Source of the DNA: Candidatus Thorarchaeota archaeon
GTDB lineage: Archaea; Asgardarchaeota; Thorarchaeia; Thorarchaeales; Thorarchaeaceae
Assembly: GCA_048882325.1 (NCBI GenBank)
Contig: JBHLRS010000042.1
Coordinates: forward strand, 1-27,635
DNA: 27,635 nt
Reading direction: 5' to 3'
The notes below the pieces were generated by a model. That model was not told the origin of the DNA. It searched no databases and saw only the letters and a list, made by a program, of their open reading frames with translations. Position numbers and translations under genes: made by a program. Below, piece by piece: positions 8,664 through 17,249 of the stretch; positions within the stretch are counted from its first letter, which is position 1, and every line of letters starts with the position of its first letter.

Positions 8664-8998
8664 GTATTATAATCCCACCTCCGGCTTTTCCTACTATAGA
8701 CAGAAACTTCAATGATTGTCGCACCTGAGAACGCAACTAGAAATTCAAACCAATCAGGTACTCCGAAAAAAGTGATGAAGAAAGGAGCCAAGAGTAATAT
8801 TACAATAACTGTACCGAACCCGCAGACAGTTGTGGATACCAGTTGACTAGTTCTCGCAGAGATTACAACAGGATCATCTAATTGCTGCTCAAAGTACAAT
8901 CTTACTCTCGGAGTAAGAAGTGTCGTCGTTACACCCACATAAATCCAAATGACAAGCACGTATAGAACAAAGAAGGCATTCTGAAATAAGAGACTCAC
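8654..8998 (-). CDS. Hypothetical membrane protein (about 3 TM segments)
   Basis: 114 aa, GTG start with SD GGAGTGA, three hydrophobic stretches. Confidence 0.6.
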   Translation of the reverse strand: MSLLFQNAFFVLYVLVIWIYVGVTTTLLTPRVRLYFEQQLDDPVVISARTSQLVSTTVCGFGTVIVILLLAPFFITFFGVPDWFEFLVAFSGATIIEVSVYSRKSRRWDYNTWM

Positions 8999-9231
8999 GA
9001 ATCTTTCACTCCTATTATGTTGATTTCTTCTCTTGATATGACAGTAGATTCATCCATACCCCGCCATTTGATTCCTCAGTAACCTCAAGTACAATTTTTC
9101 TAAGTGCGTTTTTGAATTATACCACCATCATAACATTCTGAACTATCTTTTTTAATATGCACATCTTGATTCTTGGGGTTGATTGGATTCGATTCTGAGA
9201 TAGATACTATAGTGTCGTCTTTGCTTATACA

Positions 9232-9312
9232 GCGCAGCTCAAGTTCAAAATGAAGAAGATACTTGAAGACCAACGAGATATGGAAGAAGTTTCAGGACTT
9301 ACCACAGACTAG
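9232..9312 (+). pseudogene. Orphan, diverged duplicate of the scpB 3' end
   Basis: Translates AQLKFKMKKILEDQRDMEEVSGLTTD*, against ScpB AQLKFRLKRILQEQQEREEQVTEELL* (11 of the first 19 residues identical, same length to the stop). DNA core GCGCAGCTCAAGTTC versus GCCCAGCTCAAATTC at 7738-7752. Confidence 0.7.
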
Positions 9313-9803
9313 ACACCAAGTGGTACAAAGATTGAAACCCATAACAGGATTCCTGAGGCGAGTAAGAACAGTCCGGAAACGAACCCTGTGTTCTTTCTGA
9401 ATCTGATGAGAATTGCAGTATGAACTAGACCATTGAGTATACCATTGAGCGAGATTCCAAGACCATAGAGAATAGCCCAAGGTGCCTGTGCTGCAACCGG
9501 GAAGTACAACAGAAAGCTCAGTAGAACAAGAACATGACTAAATGCAACAAGAAAATCTCGACCAGACCTCGGTTCTTTGGGCGTGCCATCTGGATTTTTC
9601 CGTAGTTGTGCTTCAACCTCCCATGCCTTGGTGAAATTCTCCTCTAAGAAATGTACAGCTTGTCCAATGCAGACCGATAGATAGAGTGTAGGTGAATACG
9701 CCCAAGTCAGAATCTGACTTGGAAATAGATAACCAACAACAATGGAAGTAAGAGTAAGAATAACGAGAAAGGCAATCAGTGGTTTGAAGACCTTCATACT
9801 CAA
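9309..9803 (-). CDS. HXXEE domain membrane protein
   Basis: Motif AVHFLEENF (HxxEE), later NGLVH and TGFVSGLFL, with multiple TM segments. The start may be ATG at 9797. Confidence 0.8.
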   Translation of the reverse strand: MSMKVFKPLIAFLVILTLTSIVVGYLFPSQILTWAYSPTLYLSVCIGQAVHFLEENFTKAWEVEAQLRKNPDGTPKEPRSGRDFLVAFSHVLVLLSFLLYFPVAAQAPWAILYGLGISLNGILNGLVHTAILIRFRKNTGFVSGLFLLASGILLWVSIFVPLGV

Positions 9804-9839
9804 GGGACACTCTACTCACAATATTAGTCCACCGATAAT

Positions 9840-10331
9840 CTAGCACACTCGTGGAATTGGCTCTCCATAGGACACCTGAATTATCTTCCGACCACCAATT
9901 GTTGTTCTCATTACAACCCTTGCTTTTCCGCTAAGTACCTTGCCCGCTATCATCGCAACTCCAAGTGGTTCGATGACGCTGTTGAGTGACTTGAGGATAC
10001 TCTCTAGAACGGATATCTCAACTCTCTCCTCAACAATCACTGTGTTTGTCATCGCCACAGGTTGAGCGCCCATGACAGCAAGGTCGTTTATAGTTCCGCA
10101 GGCAGAGAGAATGCCTAGGTCTCCTCCTGGGAACATAATTGGATGGATCGTGTGAGCGTCTGTGCATACAATCAGGTTAGCTCTCGCAGCCTGAAGCGTA
10201 GCTCCATCGTCCATCTCATCAAGACCGATAGTCCGCAGTTTCCTTCTTCTAAAGGCAGGGATTATCACATCTTCCAAAAGACGTTGCATAATCTTACCAC
10301 CAGCTCCATGTGCAGTTTCGATCTTAGGCAT
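9840..10331 (-). CDS. hypE: Internally deleted HypE (hydrogenase maturation carbamoyl dehydratase); mini-HypE or pseudogene
   Basis: HypE N-terminal motifs AHGAGG, DDGA, TDAHTIHPIMFPGGDLG and GTINDLAVMGAQP are joined directly to the C-terminal tail TTIGGRKI...GEPIPRVC. Only 163 aa, about half the normal length. Confidence 0.8.
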   Translation of the reverse strand: MPKIETAHGAGGKIMQRLLEDVIIPAFRRRKLRTIGLDEMDDGATLQAARANLIVCTDAHTIHPIMFPGGDLGILSACGTINDLAVMGAQPVAMTNTVIVEERVEISVLESILKSLNSVIEPLGVAMIAGKVLSGKARVVMRTTIGGRKIIQVSYGEPIPRVC

Positions 10332-10428
10332 TGGTCATCCTCCGACTAAGCACTATTTCTGGAGCGACGGCAGGAGTATTTGACGAGGTCGCTTATGACA
10401 TGCAAAAGAAGACGGACACTAAGCAACA

Positions 10429-10435
10429 TTTAAAA
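10429..10435 (+). promoter_or_regulatory. Putative TATA box for rps8e
   Basis: TTTAAAA about 46 nt upstream of the ATG at 10482, followed by SD GAGGT. Confidence 0.4.
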
Positions 10436-10481
10436 CGAATCTACAAAGAGCGTCATTGACCTAACCAAGAGGTAGTCAGAA

Positions 10482-10859
10482 ATGGGTGTCTGGCATAGAA
10501 GATCAACACGTACAGTCACTGGAGCTCGATTGAAGCGATTCAGAAGCAAGAGAAAACATCAGATGGGTCGCACTCCGACTGAAACCCTAATGGGCGAACC
10601 AAATAGGAGAACAATCGATAGTAGACGTAAGGCCAAGAAGACCCCAGCACTGCGTCTTAACCAGGTAAACGTCACTGACCCTTCAAAGAATGTCACATAC
10701 CGTGCTGAACTTCAAGATGTGGAAATGAATCCTGCCAACATGGATTATCAGCGGAGAAAGGTAATCACACGAGGCACTATCATCAAGACATCAAAGGGTC
10801 GTGCGAGAGTAACAAGCAGACCTGGTCAAGATGGAATCATCAACGCCATTCTAGTCTGA
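10482..10859 (+). CDS. rps8e: 30S ribosomal protein S8e
   Basis: RS...TGAR....RSKRKHQMGR, NPANMDYQRRKVITRGTII and RARVTSRPGQDGIINAIL. Confidence 0.97.
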   Translation: MGVWHRRSTRTVTGARLKRFRSKRKHQMGRTPTETLMGEPNRRTIDSRRKAKKTPALRLNQVNVTDPSKNVTYRAELQDVEMNPANMDYQRRKVITRGTIIKTSKGRARVTSRPGQDGIINAILV

Positions 10860-10861
10860 TT

Positions 10862-11257
10862 CTAACCCGCAGTTTGTTTTGCAACTTCGCCTTCAATACT
10901 TGTAATGACGAAGTCTTTTCCTCCGGTAATTTTGGTAGAGCTTCCCCCGCATTTGGGGCACTTCATTGGTGCGAAGGCAGCTATCTGATCGGGAATGTCA
11001 GAATCAACTATGGACTCACCCTCAAATTGACAGTCAGTGCAGAGAAGTCGCCCTTTGACTCTTTTAATCCTCAACTCTGCGCCTTCCAGAATCGAGTTTC
11101 TGCGAGCAATCTCAAAATTAAATATCAGTTGTTCAGGGATGAGAAAAGTGAACTCTCCCACCTCTACATTTACGGCAGAAACTCTCGTCACGTTGTTGTT
11201 CTTCGCTGCTTCGAGAGCAGTATCAACAATGGAACATGCGGCGGAGAATTCGTGCAA
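10862..11257 (-). CDS. hypA: Hydrogenase maturation nickel metallochaperone HypA
   Basis: N-terminal MHEFS Ni-binding motif (TTG start), VEVGEFT, two CxxC motifs (CTDC, CPKC) and GKDFVITSIE. Confidence 0.95.
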   Translation of the reverse strand: MHEFSAACSIVDTALEAAKNNNVTRVSAVNVEVGEFTFLIPEQLIFNFEIARRNSILEGAELRIKRVKGRLLCTDCQFEGESIVDSDIPDQIAAFAPMKCPKCGGSSTKITGGKDFVITSIEGEVAKQTAG

Positions 11258-11327
11258 TTTGCGACACCAATTCGGAGATGCATGGAGTTCTGTTAAGTCA
11301 TTTCTGTTATAGTCACGGTTCAGACTC

Positions 11328-11335
11328 TTTATATG
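11328..11335 (+). promoter_or_regulatory. Putative TATA box
   Basis: TTTATATG about 50 nt upstream of the TTG at 11384, with SD GGGGAG in between. Confidence 0.4.
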
Positions 11336-11383
11336 AATCAGTGTTTACTGGAGAGATGCCCAGTGATGTAAGAGGGAGTTGCT

Positions 11384-11953
11384 TTGTCAAAGACATCTAA
11401 AACATCAAAAAAGACAGCCACGACCAAGAAAAAGACCACAAGCAGTAAGAAATCTGCAGCAAAACCAAAGACAAAAGCATCAGACAAAAAAACTGCAAAG
11501 AAAGAGCAGAGCAAGAAGAAATCGAGTCCAAAGAAACCAGCAGCCAAGAAAAAAGCTCCAGCTAAGAAAACTCCCAGTAAAATGGACAAGGAGATGCTGA
11601 GCGAGCTTGAAAAAGAGATTAGCAGTCAAGATGAACAAGTGTGTCTGGGAGCTGTGGAACGTTTAGGCATCCTGAACCACCCAGATGCAACACGTGTGCT
11701 TATCATTGCACTTGCAGATCCAAGATATATGGTACGGATACATGCGGCTGCCCAATTGGGGGAGCGGAAGGACAAGAAAGCAGTGGATGCATTAGTCAAT
11801 ACACTCAATGATGACTCAATATTTGTTAGACAAACAGCAGCAGGTGCCTTGGAGAATATTGGCAGTGCTAAAGCTAAGAAGGCAATCTCTAAGGCTGAGA
11901 GAGAGGGATTGCTTCTTGATGAACTCCCAGAGGGAAAAAGGTTGGATAAGTAA
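11384..11953 (+). CDS. HEAT-repeat (PBS lyase-like) protein with a Lys/Ala/Ser/Thr-rich N-terminal tail
   Basis: About 65 aa of low-complexity K-rich sequence (KKPAAKKKAPAKK), then HEAT-like repeats ALADPRYMVRIHAAAQLG and LNDDSIFVRQTAAGALENIG. Confidence 0.85.
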   Translation: MSKTSKTSKKTATTKKKTTSSKKSAAKPKTKASDKKTAKKEQSKKKSSPKKPAAKKKAPAKKTPSKMDKEMLSELEKEISSQDEQVCLGAVERLGILNHPDATRVLIIALADPRYMVRIHAAAQLGERKDKKAVDALVNTLNDDSIFVRQTAAGALENIGSAKAKKAISKAEREGLLLDELPEGKRLDK

Positions 11954-12053
11954 GGGAGAAAGACCATTTCATCATCAACTTGGGTATTTGTATTCGACTG
12001 CAGTCTTCTTATATTGAAAGATGTCAGGAAAATGATAGAAGACAAGTCGGAGA

Positions 12054-12620
12054 TTGGCAATCTTGAACGCTTCCTTTAACGACGAGATTACAAAAATAGA
12101 GTCAGAAATCAAAGATCTCGATTTAGACTACATGCGCGGTTTGGTCTCTGAAGAAGAGTACAACAGAAAATTGACTGAACTGAAACAGCAATTGGAGCAG
12201 GCTGGAGGGTCCCCTCAAGATATAACGTCAGTCCAGAGAATAGAAGTAGAAGCATCTGAAATTCAAGCCGCGAAACTACAACCACCACCACCGATTGAGA
12301 AGAAGGCAACAGTTGATCCTGTCACAGCTGTCAAGAGAACTGTTGAGGGTATGAGGCGACTTGCACTTGAAAGGATAGCACAGGAGGCGGGTGTTTCCAT
12401 GATGAATGTCACCAAGATTCTCACAGATCTCCTTGATGGCAGAGAGCTATCTGGTAGGATTGACCATGATAGAGGCGACTTCATTCTGGGTACTGGAACT
12501 GGACCTCCACCCAAGACCATTTCTGTGTGTCCCTACTGTAGGAACGACCTGAGTCGAATCGCTGTCAAGGGAGAAACCGTGACCTGCACCATGTGCAAAG
12601 AGTCATTCATTATATCATAG
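12054..12620 (+). CDS. Hypothetical protein: SHOCT-like N-terminus, PCI-like winged helix, C-terminal Zn ribbon
   Basis: LDYMRGLVSEEEYNRKLTEL (SHOCT-like); LALERIAQEAGVS..NVTKILTDLL..RELSGRIDHDRGDFIL (winged helix of PCI type); CPYC...CTMC. Confidence 0.7.
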   Translation: MAILNASFNDEITKIESEIKDLDLDYMRGLVSEEEYNRKLTELKQQLEQAGGSPQDITSVQRIEVEASEIQAAKLQPPPPIEKKATVDPVTAVKRTVEGMRRLALERIAQEAGVSMMNVTKILTDLLDGRELSGRIDHDRGDFILGTGTGPPPKTISVCPYCRNDLSRIAVKGETVTCTMCKESFIIS

Positions 12621-12640
12621 AATCACTCCGGTGGGCTCGA

Positions 12641-13912
12641 ATGGACTTCTTCCAGGCATGTCTGAAAGCTGATACACGAGACGCTGTTAATGCAGTCAGG
12701 AAGATGCTTCCTTCAGCACGGCCATCTGCTATCTGGGCTGTGCTTATGCATGGAGCTGCGTGGCATGAACAGCGAACATATGACACACCACATTCCACAA
12801 TTTTGGTTAACTCAATCCACAGAATGATTGAGGAGTTTGGAGTTCATCCCGGGCTTGCCCCAGATGCTTCAAAAGACACACCCATAGTTCCGATCGATGA
12901 CTCGATGAGACCAGTTCTTCAGGAGCTTCTAATCGAACGTCTTGCGCTGCACTTGGCAGATATAGACCATTGGAAACTGGAGAGAGGACCAAACTATAAA
13001 GTCGAGAAAGGAATCGATTCACCGGACAACGCAGTCAGAAAGCTAGAGAGCACAATTCGTCAGAAGAGTCTGGTCGGAGGATGGGAGGCATCAGTCATCT
13101 TGGCTGCGCGAGATGAGCCAATTCGACTGAGGAGAGTTATCGCGTCACTAGCTGCAGAAGAGCCTGATAGACTTGGACATGCATTCATCATGCCTGTTTC
13201 GCTAGTCATAGAACTTCCCGGACCAGAGTATACAAGACCTCAGATTGCATCTTTGTGGCACCTCATGGAGTATCTTGTGCGGAAAGTCCCCGCTAAGTCC
13301 CCTGATGGCTTCTCGCAGGATGACAACCTGAAGAGTCTGAATAAGCCAGCTGATCTGTCAGGATACGGGAATGTCTTCAGGAACTCTGTCGTCAACTTTG
13401 GTATTCTAGGACATAACACAATCTTTGCTCAGCGAATAGTGTATGCAAATCAGCTCGGGCTTGTGACAAAGGAAATGACCAACTGGCTAGTTGACAAATT
13501 GAAACGTAATATTGGTAGCAAGCTGATTTCTGATGATGACCTATCCTACGAAAAGATGGTGAAGAAAGAGGTAGAGGCGGACTGGAGCCACCAACCAGAG
13601 ATGATCAGACTTCCCCAATCAAAGACCATTCGCGAGTGGATAACTACCGATGACATATCTTATTTATGGAGTATAATGACTCATGAGAAGTCCAAAGAGT
13701 TTGAAAAGCGACTTCTTGAGTTTGATAGTGATTGGCCACTTGTCCGATGCTTTCAATACATCATGTCTGTTCTTCTGAGTGAACCGCGTGCGTCACATGT
13801 GATGATTTTTACTCATGCAGCATGGAACTTGGTGGATTATGGCTTGGTTCCAAATGAGTTGGTCGCACTTCAAGTTCACAGGATGCTACGCAGACATCTG
13901 AGTGAGTGGTGA
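12641..13912 (+). CDS. Hypothetical all-helical protein with four repeated His motifs (possible metalloprotein)
   Basis: Probable start ATG at 12641 (MDFFQAC). Motifs TPHSTIL, LGHAFIM, LGHNTIF and ASHVMIF. Confidence 0.7.
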   Translation: MDFFQACLKADTRDAVNAVRKMLPSARPSAIWAVLMHGAAWHEQRTYDTPHSTILVNSIHRMIEEFGVHPGLAPDASKDTPIVPIDDSMRPVLQELLIERLALHLADIDHWKLERGPNYKVEKGIDSPDNAVRKLESTIRQKSLVGGWEASVILAARDEPIRLRRVIASLAAEEPDRLGHAFIMPVSLVIELPGPEYTRPQIASLWHLMEYLVRKVPAKSPDGFSQDDNLKSLNKPADLSGYGNVFRNSVVNFGILGHNTIFAQRIVYANQLGLVTKEMTNWLVDKLKRNIGSKLISDDDLSYEKMVKKEVEADWSHQPEMIRLPQSKTIREWITTDDISYLWSIMTHEKSKEFEKRLLEFDSDWPLVRCFQYIMSVLLSEPRASHVMIFTHAAWNLVDYGLVPNELVALQVHRMLRRHLSEW

Positions 13913-13939
13913 TTCAATAACCTCCTAGATGTCTTTCAA

Positions 13940-13981
13940 GAAACCAAAAAATGGGTGAGTGAGAGGGGGTGAGTCCTCTCA
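13940..13981 (-). terminator. Hairpin plus T tract between convergent genes (end of tfrAB)
   Basis: Stem TGAGAGG (13960-13966) / CCTCTCA (13975-13981), followed on the minus strand by ...CCCATTTTTTGGTTTC. Confidence 0.45.
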
Positions 13982-13985
13982 AGAC

Positions 13986-15548
13986 TTACTTCTCATCACC
14001 TAGTCTGTAAGACTCAGCAAGAAGGTCAGGAATATACCGAACTTTCATGTCAGTATCTTTCATCATGTCATTGATTTGGATTGTACAGAAAGGACACTCA
14101 GTGGTCACCATATCGGCACCCGTTGCTTCGATGTACTCCTTCTTCGTGTTGGCAATCTTCTGGGACAACTCACGTTGACCTGCTCTGACACCACCGCCAG
14201 CACCACAACAACGATTCTTGTATGGATCATCGATATATTCTACACCTGGAATCATTTTCAGAAGTTCAATTGGCTCATCGAATACATGCTGGCCCCTCCC
14301 CAAGTGACAGGGCTCGTGATAAGTGATCTTCAGCTTGATCTCACCCTTTGGTGGGACTATGTTCTCCTTACCAATCACCTGAATCATGTATTCAGCCATG
14401 TCATAGACCTTGTATAGAGGTGGTTCACCACGCTCTTCCTCGATGAATGGTCTATGGTCCTCACGGAGTGTCTTCCCACATCCAGCACACGCAACTACAA
14501 CAGTGTCGCAGTCGTACTCCTTACAGGCCTCCTCGAATATCTCGGTGACCCTTCGTGCCGCTGCATGAGCTGTGTTGAGGTCTCCAGTTCTGAAAGCGGG
14601 ACTTGCACAACACCATTGTTCCTTTGGTACAACCACATCGATATTGTTCCGGTTTAGAACATCAATCAATGCCTTACCAGTGCTCTGCATACGGTAATCA
14701 ATGAGACAGCCAGTGAAGAAAGCGACCCTACCACGTGGATTATCCACGAAGAATGTAGCATCCTCGACCTGTTTGAGTAATGGAGCATCCTTTTCTGGTA
14801 CAGCCCTACCAGTTGCCTTGATTGAGTCAATAAATGCCTGCTGACCTTCTGCCAGTGGATAACCAGACTCCACAGCCTTTGCCCTGAGTAGCTCCACCGC
14901 GAGAGCTGGAATGTCTATTTTCTTTGGACAAATATCAGTACACATCTTACATGTTGTACAGCTATAGACTGACTCGTTCATTGCCATTGCCACTCTGTCC
15001 TCAACATCACGAGGGTCTAGCTCTAGACGAGCAATCTGTCGGATAATCATTGGACCTGGATAGTCCCAGGTTTCATGCACGATTGGACAGTTTGACAGAC
15101 AGGCGCTGCACTCGATACATTTCCGAATCTCGCGCAGTTTTTCAATCTCTTCAGCATGGATTATTTCAGGATGCTGGGGTTGTTTATCACGTGAAACATA
15201 AGGACGGATTCGCCGGATTCGGTATGACGTCTGAGCCATGTCAGTGACTAGGTCCTTAATGATAGGCATCTTCTCAAGCGGCTCAAGAAGTAGGTCCTCA
15301 TCAGGGTCGACTTTTGTTCGACATGCGATACGTGCTGTGTGGTTTACTTTTACAGCACAGGAGCCACACTGACCACCTCTGCACTCCCAGCGGAATGCAA
15401 GGCTTGAGTCAAATTTGTCCTGAATATAGAGCAGTGTATCTAGAACAGTCATTCCAGGCTCAAATTCAACATCGAAGTCTTGGAAGTATGGTGCATCATC
15501 GCTATCAGGATTGTATCGCTGCACGCTTGCTTTGAATGTCTTTGTCAT
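13986..15548 (-). CDS. tfrB: Thiol:fumarate reductase subunit B (SdhB-like Fe-S domain fused to HdrD-like CCG domains)
   Basis: 2Fe-2S motif CRGGQCGSC..C; two 4Fe-4S motifs CIECSACLSNCP and CTTCKMCTDICP; CCG domains FFTGC..CCASP..CAGC and YHEPCHL..CCGAGGG..CPFC. Downstream of the flavoprotein gene. Confidence 0.88.
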   Translation of the reverse strand: MTKTFKASVQRYNPDSDDAPYFQDFDVEFEPGMTVLDTLLYIQDKFDSSLAFRWECRGGQCGSCAVKVNHTARIACRTKVDPDEDLLLEPLEKMPIIKDLVTDMAQTSYRIRRIRPYVSRDKQPQHPEIIHAEEIEKLREIRKCIECSACLSNCPIVHETWDYPGPMIIRQIARLELDPRDVEDRVAMAMNESVYSCTTCKMCTDICPKKIDIPALAVELLRAKAVESGYPLAEGQQAFIDSIKATGRAVPEKDAPLLKQVEDATFFVDNPRGRVAFFTGCLIDYRMQSTGKALIDVLNRNNIDVVVPKEQWCCASPAFRTGDLNTAHAAARRVTEIFEEACKEYDCDTVVVACAGCGKTLREDHRPFIEEERGEPPLYKVYDMAEYMIQVIGKENIVPPKGEIKLKITYHEPCHLGRGQHVFDEPIELLKMIPGVEYIDDPYKNRCCGAGGGVRAGQRELSQKIANTKKEYIEATGADMVTTECPFCTIQINDMMKDTDMKVRYIPDLLAESYRLGDEK

Positions 15549-15560
15549 CTTATGGCCTCC

Positions 15561-17249
15561 CTATGGCGGCGTAATCGTAGTAATCACTAGGTCTTCCTTT
15601 CGCAGCTCCATCTTACCGTCCTTACCCTTGCGGATGACAATATTGTAATAGCCCTTATCATTGGGGTCAGCATCAACTCGGAAATGAGCACCCCGACTGC
15701 CTTTTCGCATCACAGCAGCTTCCGCGACCATTCTGGCTGTCGTGACCATGTGGGCAAACTCTATGGCTTGATGCCAGCCGGGATTGAATCGCTTAACAGG
15801 AACATCGACTTTGATTTTGGGGACTACATCTTTCTCGATGCGCTTGAGTTCATCCACTGCGTGCTGCATCTCATCCTCTTTTCTGAATATCTGGACTTTA
15901 GTCCACATCAAATCGGTGAGCTCATTACGAGCATCTGCAGGTGAGATTCCTTCCTTTCGTTTTAGCATTGACTCTAGTCTCACAAATTCATCTTGGATTT
16001 CATCACGATCAACACCAAGGTGAGCTGTTTCCTTTGCATATTTTGCAGCATTCACACCTGAGAGCGCACCGTATACCTGAGTGTCAGCAAGTGCATTTCC
16101 ACCGAGTCGGTTCCCACCATGTACCCCACCTGTGCATTCACCAGCGGCGTAGAGACCAGGAATATTTGTAGTAGCATTCTCATCAATCTTGATTCCCCCC
16201 ATGAAGTGATGTGCAGTAGGCGAAACCTGCATTGGTTCCTCCCGTATGTCAACTCCTGCGTCCTCAAATTGCTCAATCATGCTCTCTAGTCTGAATTCTA
16301 TGATTGAGCGGGGAAGATGTGAGATGCTTAGATAAACTCCGCCATCAGGAGAACCCCTTCCCTCTTTTACCTCAGTCATGATTGATCGTGCGACCTGATC
16401 ACGACCTGCAAGCTCCATGACCTCAGGATAGTATCGGTTCATGAAGCGTTCGCCCTTATTGTTCAGGAGTATTCCTCCTTCGCCACGGACAGCTTCTGTG
16501 ACCAAGCGTCCTTTTGCTGATTCAGGCTTGACCATTCCTGTGGGATGAAACTGTATCATCTCCATGTCAATCATCTCACAGCCAGCTTCATAGGCCATTC
16601 CATAGCCATCACCAACATCTAGCTGAGCATTACTTGTGACAGAGAAAATTCTGCCTGCACCGCCAGTGGCCATGACGATTGACTTAGCACGGAACACAAG
16701 ATAGTCACCATATTTCAGGTCGACTGCACAGACTCCAGAGATTTTACCGTCTGTGACCAAAAGTTTGGTCGCAAATACCTCATCAAAAACACGAACAGAT
16801 GTTTTCCGAACTCCTTCCGTGAGTGTGACCATGATTTCTGAACCAGTTCTGTCAGAAGCGTATGCAGTCCTACGCCAACTCTGTTTACCAAAGGGTCTCT
16901 GTGCAATCTTACCCTCAGGAGTTCTATCAAAAACTGCACCCATGTCCTCTAGGTCAAAGATCCTCTGAGGTGCATCCCTCACAAGGATTTCAGCGAGTTT
17001 CTGGTTGTTCAGGTAATTACCGCCAACAATTGTGTCCTTGAAGTGCGTTTCAGGATTATCATCTGGGTCTACGTTACCCAGTGATACATTATAGCCACCC
17101 TCAGCCATGGCTGTATGCGCCTTGCCCAGGAGTTCTTTGCTTAGCATGATAACGTCTAGATTGTGTTTTGATGCCTCAATGGCTGCACGACAGCCAGCAC
17201 CACCAGCACCAACAACAAGAACGTCACACATGATTGTCTTGTAGTCCAA
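15561..17249 (-). CDS. tfrA: Thiol:fumarate reductase subunit A (fumarate reductase/succinate dehydrogenase flavoprotein)
   Basis: VVGAGGAG, AHTAMAEGG, QFHPTG, TEAVRGEGG, ELAGRD, AHHFMGG, HGGNRLGGNAL and SRGAHFR. TTG start with SD GGAGG. Confidence 0.92.
   Translation of the reverse strand: MDYKTIMCDVLVVGAGGAGCRAAIEASKHNLDVIMLSKELLGKAHTAMAEGGYNVSLGNVDPDDNPETHFKDTIVGGNYLNNQKLAEILVRDAPQRIFDLEDMGAVFDRTPEGKIAQRPFGKQSWRRTAYASDRTGSEIMVTLTEGVRKTSVRVFDEVFATKLLVTDGKISGVCAVDLKYGDYLVFRAKSIVMATGGAGRIFSVTSNAQLDVGDGYGMAYEAGCEMIDMEMIQFHPTGMVKPESAKGRLVTEAVRGEGGILLNNKGERFMNRYYPEVMELAGRDQVARSIMTEVKEGRGSPDGGVYLSISHLPRSIIEFRLESMIEQFEDAGVDIREEPMQVSPTAHHFMGGIKIDENATTNIPGLYAAGECTGGVHGGNRLGGNALADTQVYGALSGVNAAKYAKETAHLGVDRDEIQDEFVRLESMLKRKEGISPADARNELTDLMWTKVQIFRKEDEMQHAVDELKRIEKDVVPKIKVDVPVKRFNPGWHQAIEFAHMVTTARMVAEAAVMRKGSRGAHFRVDADPNDKGYYNIVIRKGKDGKMELRKEDLVITTITPP

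Noticed and set aside
9010-9180. Short interrupted minus-strand frames in the AT-rich spacer
   Set aside because: They contain multiple stops and no recognisable motif; they may be debris but cannot be supported as a gene.
11384-11580. A-rich quasi-repeats (AAGAAA) as a repeat array or CRISPR
   Set aside because: They are explained by Lys-rich coding sequence, with no fixed repeat-spacer periodicity.
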